A DNA stretch of 64,000 nt from contig JBFMAF010000026.1 in NCBI GenBank assembly GCA_040755995.1, positions 76,889-140,888 on the forward strand, written 5' to 3'. The notes under the pieces are model-generated. The model was not told the DNA's origin. It worked only from the letters and a program-made list of their open reading frames with translations, and ran no database searches. Position 1 is the stretch's first letter; every line of letters starts with the position of its first letter. Both the position numbers and the translations under genes were made by a program. The DNA comes from Acidobacteriota bacterium. GTDB taxonomy: Bacteria; Acidobacteriota; CAIWXX01. Shown in pieces: positions 49,518 to 59,106 of this stretch.

Positions 49518-50324
49518 TTAGCGTGTGTAGAGCGACATCGGGGCGACCTTGACGGACACCGTCTTGACCCCACGAACCGCAGCTGCCGTGCTCTCTATCT
49601 CTCCGCCGGCGTCCATCTGCTGGGGCAGCGCCTTCACTCTGACGACGACGTTGCCGTCGTCGGCGGATACCTCGAGGTGCGGGTTCAAGGTCATCAGGGC
49701 GGCCTTCACATCAGCAGCCAGTGAGAGATCGGAGATGGCTTTGAGCGACTGCGGTGTAGTGCGAAACCTGTCGAGCTTGACCGTGTCACAGATCAGTTCG
49801 GCGGCATCGTCCACCGTCAGGTGCCGGATATGCACCACGAGATCGTAGAGGCTGGAATCGTTGGTGTCGATGCCGTAGAGTGAGAGGCTCCATTTCCTGC
49901 GCTGCTCGTCGTCTTTCTCGATGGTGCGGCGTGCCTCAATATAGTCAGTCTTCTCTCGCTCCATCTCCGTGCGGATCCGGTCTTCGAGGTCGGCGATGAT
50001 GCGCACCTTGAGCACGTGCGCAACTCCGGGCACGAAGAAATGCCCGGCCAGCCCATGGTAGACGATGTTGTCCTCTTTCAGGTATCTCAGCAGCGCCGCC
50101 TGAATATACGCGACATAGCTCTCCCTGCCGTACGTGAAGCGATCGAGGATTGACGGAGCGTCGTGGATGGCGCGGACCAGTTTCACCTCCGGAATGTTGA
50201 ACAGCTCTGACGCATCCAGCAGGATGTCGCGCGAGATGCAGTCATAGCCGAGCTTGCCGGCCACCTTTTCGGCAACGTCCTTCCCCCTGCTGTAGGACCC
50301 GCGTGAGATTGTAACGATCGCCAT
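49518..50324 (-). CDS. Cytidylate-kinase-like family protein with C-terminal BON-like domain
   Basis: AIVTISRGSYSRGKDVAEKVA, YHGLAGHF, LKVRIIA, YDLVV; C-terminal AAAVRGVKTVSV. Confidence 0.85.
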   Translation of the reverse strand: MAIVTISRGSYSRGKDVAEKVAGKLGYDCISRDILLDASELFNIPEVKLVRAIHDAPSILDRFTYGRESYVAYIQAALLRYLKEDNIVYHGLAGHFFVPGVAHVLKVRIIADLEDRIRTEMEREKTDYIEARRTIEKDDEQRRKWSLSLYGIDTNDSSLYDLVVHIRHLTVDDAAELICDTVKLDRFRTTPQSLKAISDLSLAADVKAALMTLNPHLEVSADDGNVVVRVKALPQQMDAGGEIESTAAAVRGVKTVSVKVAPMSLYTR

Positions 50325-50404
50325 GATCAAGTTCCTCCTGCTACCCGGTAGGTCCCGGCGAGCTGACTGGGCTCAGGCAGGCGCGTAGAAGGGGAGGTCG
50401 TCAC

Positions 50405-51484
50405 CTACCCGAGTCCGACCTCCGCATTGGCATAGTCTTCCTGCGCCGCGCGAGCCGCCCTGCTCGCCTTCCACATGCTTCCGAGAATAATGAGTGCTCC
50501 TACCGCCAGCGCGATGCACATGGTGACGAAGCTGACGATGTCGGCAATGTGGACGGTTCTCTCGGAGAAGCCTGCCAGGCCGAGTTTGCTGAGGTACTTC
50601 GGCATTGCCAGCGCGCGGCTAAGAGCAACGATCAGCATGATCGTCCCCATCACCACCTTGATCACATGCTCCTTGACGATCGTCGTCCCTATGGCGCCGA
50701 GCTGCACCCCGAGAAGCGAGCCGCCCAGGATGATGAGAACCAGACGGATGTCAATCAAGCCGTGCATCGCCCAGTTGATCGAGCCGCCGAATCCCATCAC
50801 GAAGGCCACCACCAGTTCGGTGGCCGACGCGATCAACGGCGAGGCTCCCATCACGTATATCATACCCGGCACGCCGATGAAGCCGCCAACGGCAATCGTC
50901 GCGGCCAGCATCCCAGTTGCAAAGCCGACGGGAAGGATGAACCAGAGCGAGATACGCATGTTGGCTGTCTTGAAGTGCACCATCGGGGGCAGGCGAATCG
51001 CCTGCAGCCGCAACGCCAGCGCCGCGGTGCCCCGATCCAGCCCGGTCTTGAGAGACTTGCGTGCATCGTGAAACACATACCCGCCGACCGTCACAAGCAC
51101 GGCTACAAAAGCACAGCTCACGTACAGGTCGGAGCCGGCCTGCCCCCACCTTTCGAGAACCAACTGCTGCACCTTGATGCCCACCTGCACGCCGATCGCC
51201 GCGAACGCGGCCACCGTCAGGCCCAGCTTGATGTCGACCTGCCCATACTTGTAGCGCTTGATGGCACCGACGAGCGCCTTCGGAAACTTGTGGCACATGT
51301 TGGTGGCCACGGCCACGGCCCCGGGGACTCCGAGGCTCATCATCCCGGGCGTCAACACAAAGGCGCCCCCGGATCCGATGAAACCGCTGACAAGCCCCCC
51401 GATGAAGCCGACGACGAAGAGGAACAGGACGTTGAGCAGGTTCAGGTCAATGAACTGGATCGCATTACTCGCAACTTCGTGCAT
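50405..51484 (-). CDS. TauE/SafE-family (TSUP) sulfite/anion exporter
   Basis: GFIGGLVSGFIGSGGAFVLTP, AVGGFIGVP; 8-9 TM helices. Confidence 0.9.
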   Translation of the reverse strand: MHEVASNAIQFIDLNLLNVLFLFVVGFIGGLVSGFIGSGGAFVLTPGMMSLGVPGAVAVATNMCHKFPKALVGAIKRYKYGQVDIKLGLTVAAFAAIGVQVGIKVQQLVLERWGQAGSDLYVSCAFVAVLVTVGGYVFHDARKSLKTGLDRGTAALALRLQAIRLPPMVHFKTANMRISLWFILPVGFATGMLAATIAVGGFIGVPGMIYVMGASPLIASATELVVAFVMGFGGSINWAMHGLIDIRLVLIILGGSLLGVQLGAIGTTIVKEHVIKVVMGTIMLIVALSRALAMPKYLSKLGLAGFSERTVHIADIVSFVTMCIALAVGALIILGSMWKASRAARAAQEDYANAEVGLG

Positions 51485-51590
51485 GATGACTAACTCCTCA
51501 GTCCTTCAGGACCGGCGCATGAAATGTTCACCCCGATTTGGCTTCACTGATACAGGGACGACCCCGCCGAATCATGGGTACTCCGCATGA

Positions 51591-52469
51591 CTACAGTCTG
51601 TGCCACGGATTGATATAAGCGTATGCGCGAGGCCTCTTGGCGGGCCGTTTCCTCACGACCTGCGATTCGCGCTTCTGTTGGAAACCGCTCTTCCTGGCCT
51701 CTATTCCCAACGCGGACCATAGATGGCTGGCAAAGCTCCCGTGTACCGCGGAAAATATGAATGCAGTCGTAATGGGGAACGCCGCATACCAGCCGCCTTT
51801 CGTGAAGTAGGGCATGAGCGAGTCCGCTCCCGCGAACAACACTCCGTAGAGGCCCACAGATCCCAGGCCGAGCGCCACGGTTCTTGCGATCAACGAATTG
51901 CGTGATGACCTCGACTCCTCAACCATTCCCGTTCCTCCTTTCGGATCGTCCCGTAGTCCACCTGCCCGCCTGGTCGAGCGGACCGGTGTTATGCTGTAGA
52001 CGGGAACCGGCACGTGAAATCCGATCTCGTCCTTGTCTTCTTCCGAGCCCGTGATGACCAGCTCGATGCGCTTGTGCGCGCGGAAAGTTCTCTCGATCGC
52101 GCTGCCCAACTCCTCGCTAGCGACTTCGCGCCGGCAGAGTATTCCCCTCGCCGCGGCGCTGCTGCACAGATTTTCCACTCCGACAGCTGGACCGCCAATG
52201 CCCTTGCGATGATCGTGCAACGGTCGATCCGCGTTCCCTCTCACGAGGAGAGCGATGATGCCGTAATTGAGCCTCTCCGCCAGATCGATCGAGTAGTCGG
52301 CCACACAATCCGAAAGGCGGTCCGAGTTGGCGACGACCAGTATCTTCGGCCGCAGCCCACCAGGCAGCTCAGCCACCGGGCTCGCCGGCCGATCACCCGC
52401 GGCTGGTGCCGCCGGGCTGGCTGTTCCATTTCTTCTCGACAACATCAATCGCCTGAGCATGGTGTACAT
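51591..52469 (-). CDS. Hypothetical: USP-like soluble domain fused to a small 2-TM domain
   Basis: KILVVANS...DYSIDLAERL; in-frame internal ATG at 51926 with SD AAGGAGG; TM part GGWYAAFPI...VHGSFA. Confidence 0.65.
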   Translation of the reverse strand: MYTMLRRLMLSRRNGTASPAAPAAGDRPASPVAELPGGLRPKILVVANSDRLSDCVADYSIDLAERLNYGIIALLVRGNADRPLHDHRKGIGGPAVGVENLCSSAAARGILCRREVASEELGSAIERTFRAHKRIELVITGSEEDKDEIGFHVPVPVYSITPVRSTRRAGGLRDDPKGGTGMVEESRSSRNSLIARTVALGLGSVGLYGVLFAGADSLMPYFTKGGWYAAFPITTAFIFSAVHGSFASHLWSALGIEARKSGFQQKRESQVVRKRPAKRPRAYAYINPWHRL

Positions 52470-52506
52470 CTAACCTCGCCGATCCGTTCCCCTCCGAGCC
52501 TACCTT

Positions 52507-52522
52507 TGCAAACTAGGTGCCA
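52507..52522 (-). promoter_or_regulatory. Sigma54 (-24/-12) promoter
   Basis: TGGCACCTAGTTTGCA, exact GG-N10-GC spacing, 37 nt upstream of ATG 52469. Confidence 0.85.
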
Positions 52523-52576
52523 GCACTAACTCCCTTGCGGATCAAGACGTTGCGTCCCCCAGCGGCTGCTGGCGCT

Positions 52577-52679
52577 GTTGCCATATGCAGCGACGCGAGG
52601 GCGAATGAGGCTAATTCCTTGATTTGCAAGGCCTTCGCTGCTATTGCATCGACATTTGCCAGCGTTGCATCTCGCAACG
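52577..52679. promoter_or_regulatory. IHF site and putative enhancer (UAS) palindromes
   Basis: AATCAAGGAATTA on the minus strand (52612-52624) fits WATCAANNNNTTR; CGTTGC-N5-GCAACG at 52663-52679; GTTGC-N5-GCAGC at 52577-52591. Confidence 0.6.
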
Positions 52680-52767
52680 TCAGGAATGCGATGACGACGC
52701 TTGCGTGGCCTTTCGATTTGACCTATAAGAGGACTATCCCGGAAGGGGACCGCACCGAGGAGCAGAG

Positions 52768-54792
52768 ATGGGTCTATTCAAGAAGGACGAGCCCCAGGAA
52801 GTGGAGCAGGCGCCACGGCCCGACACGGCGATCGCGGAGCTCCGGGGCAGCCTGGAGAGGGCTAGGCTGCCTGAGACAGCGGCCGTTGTTGCGGCCAGGG
52901 AGCTTCAAAAGCTGGAGAAGACTGAGGCCGGCACACCGGAGTACACGATCGCAGTGAACTACCTGGAGTATCTGGCGGCGCTGCCCTGGAACCGCTTCAC
53001 AGAGGACAACCTGGACATGAAGCGCGCCGAGGCGCTGTTGGAGTCGAGGCATCACGGGCTGGCGCACGTGAAGGAGCGAATCCTGGAGTATCTGGCCGTC
53101 CGGACCCTGTATAGCCTTCGCACGTCACACATACTCGTCGTAGACGACGAGGAAATCGCCCGCAACAACCTCGAGCACGTGCTGCGGAAGGAAGGCTACA
53201 AGGTCACCACTGCGGGCAACGGCCGCGAGGCTCTGGAGAAGGTGAAGGAAAACGAGTTCGACATCGTCCTGACGGATCTCAAGATGGAGAAGATGGACGG
53301 GATGCAGCTGCTGGCCTCGCTCAAGCAGGTGGCGCCTCACTCGCGGGTGGTGATGATCACCGGCTACGCCACGGTCGCCTCCGCAGTGGACGCCCTGAAG
53401 CAGGGGGCTGCCGACTACCTGCCCAAACCGATCAACCTCGACGAGCTGCGCGCGGTCGTGCGCCAGATCCTCGAGAAGCGGCGCCACCTGCAGCTATCGA
53501 AGAGTCCTCTGTTGTGTTTCTCGGGGCCGCCTGGCACGGGCAAGACGTCGATCGGCCAGTCGATTGCGGAGGCGTTGGAGCGGAGGTTCGTGCGGATTTC
53601 GGTGGCGGGGCTGCGGGATGAGGCTGACATGCGAGGCCATCGAAGAACGTACGTGGGGGCGATGCCGGGGAGGATCATCAACGAGATCAAACGCATTGAC
53701 GTCCGGAACCCGGTATTCATGCTCGACGAAATCGACAAAGTGGGGCAGGACTTCCGCGGCGATCCCGCCTCGGTTCTGCTGGAGGTGCTCGATCCGGAGC
53801 AGAACAGCCGCTTTGTCGACCACTACCTGGATGTACCCTTCGATCTATCCGGCGTCATGTTCATCGCCACCGCGAACATCGTGGAAAAACTGCCGGACGC
53901 GCTGCGTGACCGGCTGGAAGTGATACCGTTCCCGGGATACACGGAATCGGAGAAGCAGAAGATCGCGAGACAGTATCTCATACCTCGCCAGTCGAGGGAG
54001 CACGGCCTGCCGCTTCAGGAGGTAGACTTCACCGACGGGGCCGTCGTCAAGCTCATCCGCGAGCACACGCAGGAGGCCGGCGTGAGAAACCTGGAAAGAG
54101 AGATCGCGACCATCCTCCGGAAGCTGGCCCGGCGGCAGTTGCGCGGCGATAGGGACACGGGTCGGACGCAGATCGATGAGGCGTTGGTCGAAGCCCTGTT
54201 GGGGCCACGCAGGTTCACTCACGATACCATCAGCGGTGCGAACCGCACGGGAGTAGCTACCGGGCTCGTCTGGACGGAGTTCGGTGGTGAGATCGTCTTC
54301 GTCGAGACGACCATGATGAAAGGGAGCCAGCAGCTCATCTTGACCGGCTCTCTCGGGAGTGTACTGCGCGAGTCGGCCCAGACGGCGCTGAGCTATATTC
54401 GAAGTCGCGCGAGCGATTTTGGGGTCGATCCTGATTTCTTCAGGGGGCACGACATTCACGTCCATATTCCCGCGGGTGCAATTCCCAAGGACGGCCCCTC
54501 GGCCGGCCTGACTGTGGCGTTGGCCTTGATCTCACTGCTCACGGGCAGGCCCGCCCGCTGCGATACGGCTCTCACGGGCGAGATAACCCTCAACGGCCGC
54601 ATCCTGCCCATCAGCGGCGTCCGAGAGAAGGTGCTTGCCGCTCAGCGAGCAGGTGTCAGGTGTGTCGTGTTCCCTGCAGACAACGCGGTCGACGTGGCGG
54701 GACTGGACTCGGAGACGAAGGAAGGCGTCGAGGTCATCCTCGCAGGTGAGATTGCCACGCTTCTTGACGTGGTGCTCGTCGCCCCGGCCTGA
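52768..54792 (+). CDS. lon: Lon (S16) protease lacking the N-domain, with an inserted receiver domain
   Basis: HHGLAHVKERILEYLAV, then REC (53128-53475), GPPGTGKT, GHRRTYVGAMPG, MLDEIDK, PKDGPSAG, GVREK. Confidence 0.92.
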   Translation: MGLFKKDEPQEVEQAPRPDTAIAELRGSLERARLPETAAVVAARELQKLEKTEAGTPEYTIAVNYLEYLAALPWNRFTEDNLDMKRAEALLESRHHGLAHVKERILEYLAVRTLYSLRTSHILVVDDEEIARNNLEHVLRKEGYKVTTAGNGREALEKVKENEFDIVLTDLKMEKMDGMQLLASLKQVAPHSRVVMITGYATVASAVDALKQGAADYLPKPINLDELRAVVRQILEKRRHLQLSKSPLLCFSGPPGTGKTSIGQSIAEALERRFVRISVAGLRDEADMRGHRRTYVGAMPGRIINEIKRIDVRNPVFMLDEIDKVGQDFRGDPASVLLEVLDPEQNSRFVDHYLDVPFDLSGVMFIATANIVEKLPDALRDRLEVIPFPGYTESEKQKIARQYLIPRQSREHGLPLQEVDFTDGAVVKLIREHTQEAGVRNLEREIATILRKLARRQLRGDRDTGRTQIDEALVEALLGPRRFTHDTISGANRTGVATGLVWTEFGGEIVFVETTMMKGSQQLILTGSLGSVLRESAQTALSYIRSRASDFGVDPDFFRGHDIHVHIPAGAIPKDGPSAGLTVALALISLLTGRPARCDTALTGEITLNGRILPISGVREKVLAAQRAGVRCVVFPADNAVDVAGLDSETKEGVEVILAGEIATLLDVVLVAPA

Positions 54793-54857
54793 GCCGCATG
54801 CTCTGGATCGGAAATGGGCAGGGCGCGCGCCGCGCGCCCCTACGCCTCATCTGGCGG

Positions 54858-54998
54858 TTTGCATTGTGCCCTTTGCATTTCGCGCTCCACACTGTGCACT
54901 CCACGCTCTGCATATTGTTTACATATGGCAATGTGCACGGCGCATGTTCCTTACACTTTGCATTCAGTGCATACCGTGCACTTTGCATGTTGCATTGT
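54858..54998. repeat. AT-richer tract of degenerate TGCA-core repeats
   Basis: Repeated ttgcat/tgtgcac units between the convergent lon and NtrC-type genes. Confidence 0.6.
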
Positions 54999-54999
54999 C

Positions 55000-56349
55000 C
55001 TAGGATTCCATCTTGTATCGTCGGAGCTTTCGCCAGAGCGAGACCCGATCGATTCCCAGCATCTCCGCCGCCCTCGTCTTGTTGCCCTGCACCTGCTCCA
55101 GGACCCACGCGATGTACTCTTTCTCGTTCTCCTCCAGTGTCAGGAAGCGTGAGGGCCCACGGCACTGAAAGCGGAGGCTCAGCTGCTGCAGGTCTGGCGG
55201 CAGGTGGCGGCGTTCGATAATCGGGCCCTCTGCCAGCGCCACAGCCCGCTCGATCACATTCTCCAGCTCGCGCACGTTGCCCGGGAACTCATAGGACATG
55301 AGCGTCTGCATCACATCATCGGCGACGCGGTCGATCCGTTTGGCCTGAGCCAGGGAGAACTTCTGAATGAAGTGCTGGACGAGCAGTGGAACGTCGTCGT
55401 TTCGTTCGGCAAGCGAGGGGACGCGAATTGCGAAGATGTTGAGACGATAGTACAGGTCCTGGCGGAACGCACCCCTCTCGACTTCCAGCTTGAGATCCTT
55501 GTTGGTCGCGGCTATCACACGGATATCTACGGCGATCTCGTCGGTCGCCCCTACGCGCATGAGTCGCTTCTCCTGCAGCACTCGAAGCAGCTTGACCTGC
55601 ATGGACTGGGGCATTTCTGCGATCTCGTCCAGGAACATGGTCCCGTCGCTGGCGGCTTCCAAGAGCCCCTTCTTGACGCTGCGGGCCCCTGTGAACGCCT
55701 CGCGCTCGTGGCCAAACAGCTCGTTTGCCAGCAGCTCCTCGGAAAAGGCGCCGCAATTGACGGCGAGGAAGCGACGGGCGGAGCGGCTGCTGAGCTGATG
55801 AACCGTCTTCGCCACCAGCTCCTTGCCCGTCCCGGTCGCTCCAAGTATCAGGACTGTGCAGTCGGTCGCGGCGACCTGCGCGATGCTCTTCTTGAGAGCC
55901 TCCATAGGAGGGCTGCTGCCGACCAGATTGTCGATCTCCTTCCGCACTTCCTGCCTGAGCTGTGTGACTTCACGGCGGAGGGCACGCCGCTCGACCGCCC
56001 TGCGGGCGACGATCCTGACTTCGTCGATTTCGTAAGGCTTGGGGATGTAGTGATACGCGCCTTTGTGCATCGCCTCCACAGCCGAGGCCACCGTCGCGTA
56101 TCCCGTGATCACGATGACCTCGGTGTCCGGCCAGAGCTGCTTCGCCCGTTCCATGACCTGCATCCCGTCGAAGTCCGGCATGCGCAGGTCGGTGAACACA
56201 AGATCGAACTCCGCGCTCTCCAGCTCCCGGATAGCAGCCGCTCCACCCGCTGCCGTTACCGTCGCATAACCTTCTTTGCGGAGGACATGATCCAGATTCT
56301 CGCGCGCGATTGCCTCGTCTTCTACGATCAGTATGCGAGGCGGGTCCAC
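55000..56349 (-). CDS. Sigma54-dependent NtrC/Fis-family response regulator
   Basis: REC; GATGTGKE, ELFGHEREAFTGA, FLDEI, FRQDLYYRL, PGNVRELEN; HTH NKTRAAEMLGI. Confidence 0.96.
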   Translation of the reverse strand: MDPPRILIVEDEAIARENLDHVLRKEGYATVTAAGGAAAIRELESAEFDLVFTDLRMPDFDGMQVMERAKQLWPDTEVIVITGYATVASAVEAMHKGAYHYIPKPYEIDEVRIVARRAVERRALRREVTQLRQEVRKEIDNLVGSSPPMEALKKSIAQVAATDCTVLILGATGTGKELVAKTVHQLSSRSARRFLAVNCGAFSEELLANELFGHEREAFTGARSVKKGLLEAASDGTMFLDEIAEMPQSMQVKLLRVLQEKRLMRVGATDEIAVDIRVIAATNKDLKLEVERGAFRQDLYYRLNIFAIRVPSLAERNDDVPLLVQHFIQKFSLAQAKRIDRVADDVMQTLMSYEFPGNVRELENVIERAVALAEGPIIERRHLPPDLQQLSLRFQCRGPSRFLTLEENEKEYIAWVLEQVQGNKTRAAEMLGIDRVSLWRKLRRYKMES

Positions 56350-56380
56350 GACTCAGTCCTCCCCGGAGGCGATGAACATG

Positions 56381-57862
56381 TCACAGGATCAGAGACCCCG
56401 GGTCCGTCATCTCGGAGGCGGGCTCGGTGGGTGTGAGACTCGGGCGCAGCGGCAGTCTGATGGTGAAGCGAGTACCCTCGCCCTGCTTGCTCTCCACGGT
56501 TATCGTCCCCTGATGGCGCTGGATGATACCATAGACGATCGAGAGCCCCAATCCGGTGCCGGAGCTCACATCTTTGGTCGTGAAGAACGGATCGAAGATG
56601 CGCGGGAGGTCCTTGTCGGCGATGCCGATGCCCGTGTCTTCCAGCGTGATGACGGCCTGGTCCTGGGCGGCATCCGTGGATGCGTGGATGCGGACCTGGC
56701 CCGGAGGGGATTCGATTGCCTGGATGGCGTTCATCAACAGGTTCAGGAACACCTGCTGCATGCGCTGTGAGTCCAGGTACAGCATCATCTCCTTCGGGAC
56801 TTCCCTGAGCAGGTCGACACCGGGCGGCAATTGGCTCGATATCAATCTCACCGAGCTCTCCACCACCTCCCACAGCGACGCCCGGTTGAGCGCGAACTCC
56901 TTGACCCTGGAGAACTCAAGAAGGCCCCGCACGGTGTCGCGCGCCCTCCGGACCTCCTGCTCGACATTCGCGAGCATCTTTCGGAGAAACGGGGCGTCGC
57001 CGTGGCCGAGCTCCTCGATGAGTATCTGGCAGGAGGTGGAGATGTTGTTTAGCGGGTTGTTGAGCTGATGGGCGATGCCCGAAGTGAGGATTCCGAGCGA
57101 CGAGAGCTTCTTGGCCTGGAGAAGCTGATCCTGTCGCTTCTGGAGCTCCATGACCATGCGATTGAATACCTCGACCACGCGTTGCGTCTCGTCACCGGAA
57201 TCTACGACCGGCAGGAGACTAAAGTGACCTTGAGCTATGCGGTGCGTCGTCTCCTCGATCGCTCTCAGTGGTCGTATGATCCCTCTGGCAACCACCGGAA
57301 TGAGGAAGGCGCTCAGGCCGAGGAACACGAGCAACGAGTAGAGGAGGTGGGCCTTGAGCGTCCGGATGATCGTCAGCACTTTCTCCCGTTCGAAGCTCAC
57401 CAGCTCTTGTGCGATATCCACCATGGTCTTGCCGGTCTCCCGCAGACGCTCCTCCACGTGCTCCGCGCACAGCCTGTCCGACCGCTCGCGGCAGCCCTGT
57501 ATCTGCTGCATCAGGTTGCGATACTCGTAGAAATCGCTCTGGAGCACGTCCAGTCGCAGAGCCCCCTCCACGTCCGCTATCTCCGGCTCGATCGAGTCGA
57601 GCACCTCGATGCCTTTCTGCACGTACCGGCTGTTCTCGTCCAGATCGCTCTGCATGCCATATAACAGGTAGTTCTTCTCGTACCGGCGCGCCTCCAGAAT
57701 AACGTTGCTGAGGTCGTCCGCGATCTCTACTATGCGCTGGTTGCGTTCCACCTGCCTCAGGTAGTCGTACGAAAGCGCCCCGATCGAACCGATGAGGATA
57801 ACCGCCAGCGTGAGCGCACCCGCGACCTTCTGCCTGATGTTCAGACGGAGCCTTGATCGCAT
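56381..57862 (-). CDS. HAMP-domain sensor histidine kinase (four-helix periplasmic sensor)
   Basis: Two TM helices; HAMP; GIAHQLNNP, LNLLMNA, DTGIGI, GTGLGLSI. Confidence 0.94.
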   Translation of the reverse strand: MRSRLRLNIRQKVAGALTLAVILIGSIGALSYDYLRQVERNQRIVEIADDLSNVILEARRYEKNYLLYGMQSDLDENSRYVQKGIEVLDSIEPEIADVEGALRLDVLQSDFYEYRNLMQQIQGCRERSDRLCAEHVEERLRETGKTMVDIAQELVSFEREKVLTIIRTLKAHLLYSLLVFLGLSAFLIPVVARGIIRPLRAIEETTHRIAQGHFSLLPVVDSGDETQRVVEVFNRMVMELQKRQDQLLQAKKLSSLGILTSGIAHQLNNPLNNISTSCQILIEELGHGDAPFLRKMLANVEQEVRRARDTVRGLLEFSRVKEFALNRASLWEVVESSVRLISSQLPPGVDLLREVPKEMMLYLDSQRMQQVFLNLLMNAIQAIESPPGQVRIHASTDAAQDQAVITLEDTGIGIADKDLPRIFDPFFTTKDVSSGTGLGLSIVYGIIQRHQGTITVESKQGEGTRFTIRLPLRPSLTPTEPASEMTDPGSLIL

Positions 57863-57908
57863 ACCTGCCTGGCTAGAAGCGAAGGCCCGCCCTGACGTAC
57901 ATGTGCGG

Positions 57909-59096
57909 TCAGGAGCCGCCGGTCCGAGTGAAGCGGAGGTGCTGATTGACGAACTGTTCGATGTACATGTCGGTGACCGGCTCGTTGAGCAGCACCATGT
58001 CGAGCTGCTTGGTGTAGGCCGTCAGCTTGCCGATCGCCTCCAGCCGCGCCTCCAGGTCCTCCAGCGCCCGCCGGGCCAGAATCGAATCGATCAGGTCGTC
58101 CTTCTGGAACACCCTGAAGCCCATCCGCCTGAGGATCTCGGCTACCAGTCTGATCCGCCGGAGCCTCCGGTCAAGCGCGGCGCCGCCGCCCTTGAAGAAG
58201 AACCGTATGTAGTTCTCGGAAACGCTCTCGCCGGCGTAGGAGTCCACCATGGAGAAATGATACCCCAGCCTGATCGCGAAGTTCGTGTAGTTCCGGGACA
58301 CGACACCGAAGCTCCGTTCTCCCATTCTCCGGATCTGTTCGTCCGGCACAGTCGCCGCGTGGGCCATCATGCCCAGGAATCCACGAGCATCGACCGGCGG
58401 GGGATCGGGCCATTTCATCGAAATCATCCCCTTCAGCAAGGGACGAAACGGCACCGACAGAATATCTTCCGGCGTGGCTTTTTTCAGATCGGGTTTGAGC
58501 CCGCCCCCCATGTCGGAAATCTGCGCGAGGATCGGGATGCCGGCGACCAGGTCCACCGTCCGCTTCGCCTGGACGTGCAGCCCGGATGTAACCTTGACGA
58601 AAAAATAGATCGCCTTCTCGTGTGAGAAGTGCGTGACGTCGTGCAGAGTCCGGCACGACTCGGGCTTGAAATCCGGATCCTCGGGGTCCACAAGATGAAG
58701 AGGGGAGATGTGATGCAGCAGGTCCGGAAGCGCAGGGGGGCCGCCGGATTCCTCCGATCGAGGATTCAACCGCGCTTCCAGCGCACATCGGATCCGTTCG
58801 TCGATCCCGGCGACGATCGAGGGAAGCTGCGGGAATTTCTCCTTGGAGAGCGCATTCAGCCCGTCCACCATGCACACCACATCTCTTGCCAGCTCACCGA
58901 TCGCTCCCGCCAGGCGACCCGGGTCAGGATTGTCCTTCGTAACCAGCGCTTCCTCGATCTCGGCGATCAGCTCCAGCGCGCGGTTGTTCCTCGCGAGTAT
59001 GTCTTGGAACACGCCGCAGGGCTCGACTGCCGCCGCGGGTGTCTCCTCAGCGACCGCAGTTGCGTTCCTCCGAAAGAGCTTCCAGATATCCGGCAT
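57909..59096 (-). CDS. Dikinase-like protein 3: N-terminal helices and C-domain only, no ATP-grasp or swivel
   Basis: FQDILARNNRALELIAEIE; CRTLHDVTHFSHE; NFAIRLGYHF; FFKGGGA, all matching the two full-length paralogues. Confidence 0.85.
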   Translation of the reverse strand: MPDIWKLFRRNATAVAEETPAAAVEPCGVFQDILARNNRALELIAEIEEALVTKDNPDPGRLAGAIGELARDVVCMVDGLNALSKEKFPQLPSIVAGIDERIRCALEARLNPRSEESGGPPALPDLLHHISPLHLVDPEDPDFKPESCRTLHDVTHFSHEKAIYFFVKVTSGLHVQAKRTVDLVAGIPILAQISDMGGGLKPDLKKATPEDILSVPFRPLLKGMISMKWPDPPPVDARGFLGMMAHAATVPDEQIRRMGERSFGVVSRNYTNFAIRLGYHFSMVDSYAGESVSENYIRFFFKGGGAALDRRLRRIRLVAEILRRMGFRVFQKDDLIDSILARRALEDLEARLEAIGKLTAYTKQLDMVLLNEPVTDMYIEQFVNQHLRFTRTGGS

Positions 59097-59106
59097 GCGG
59101 GGTAAT

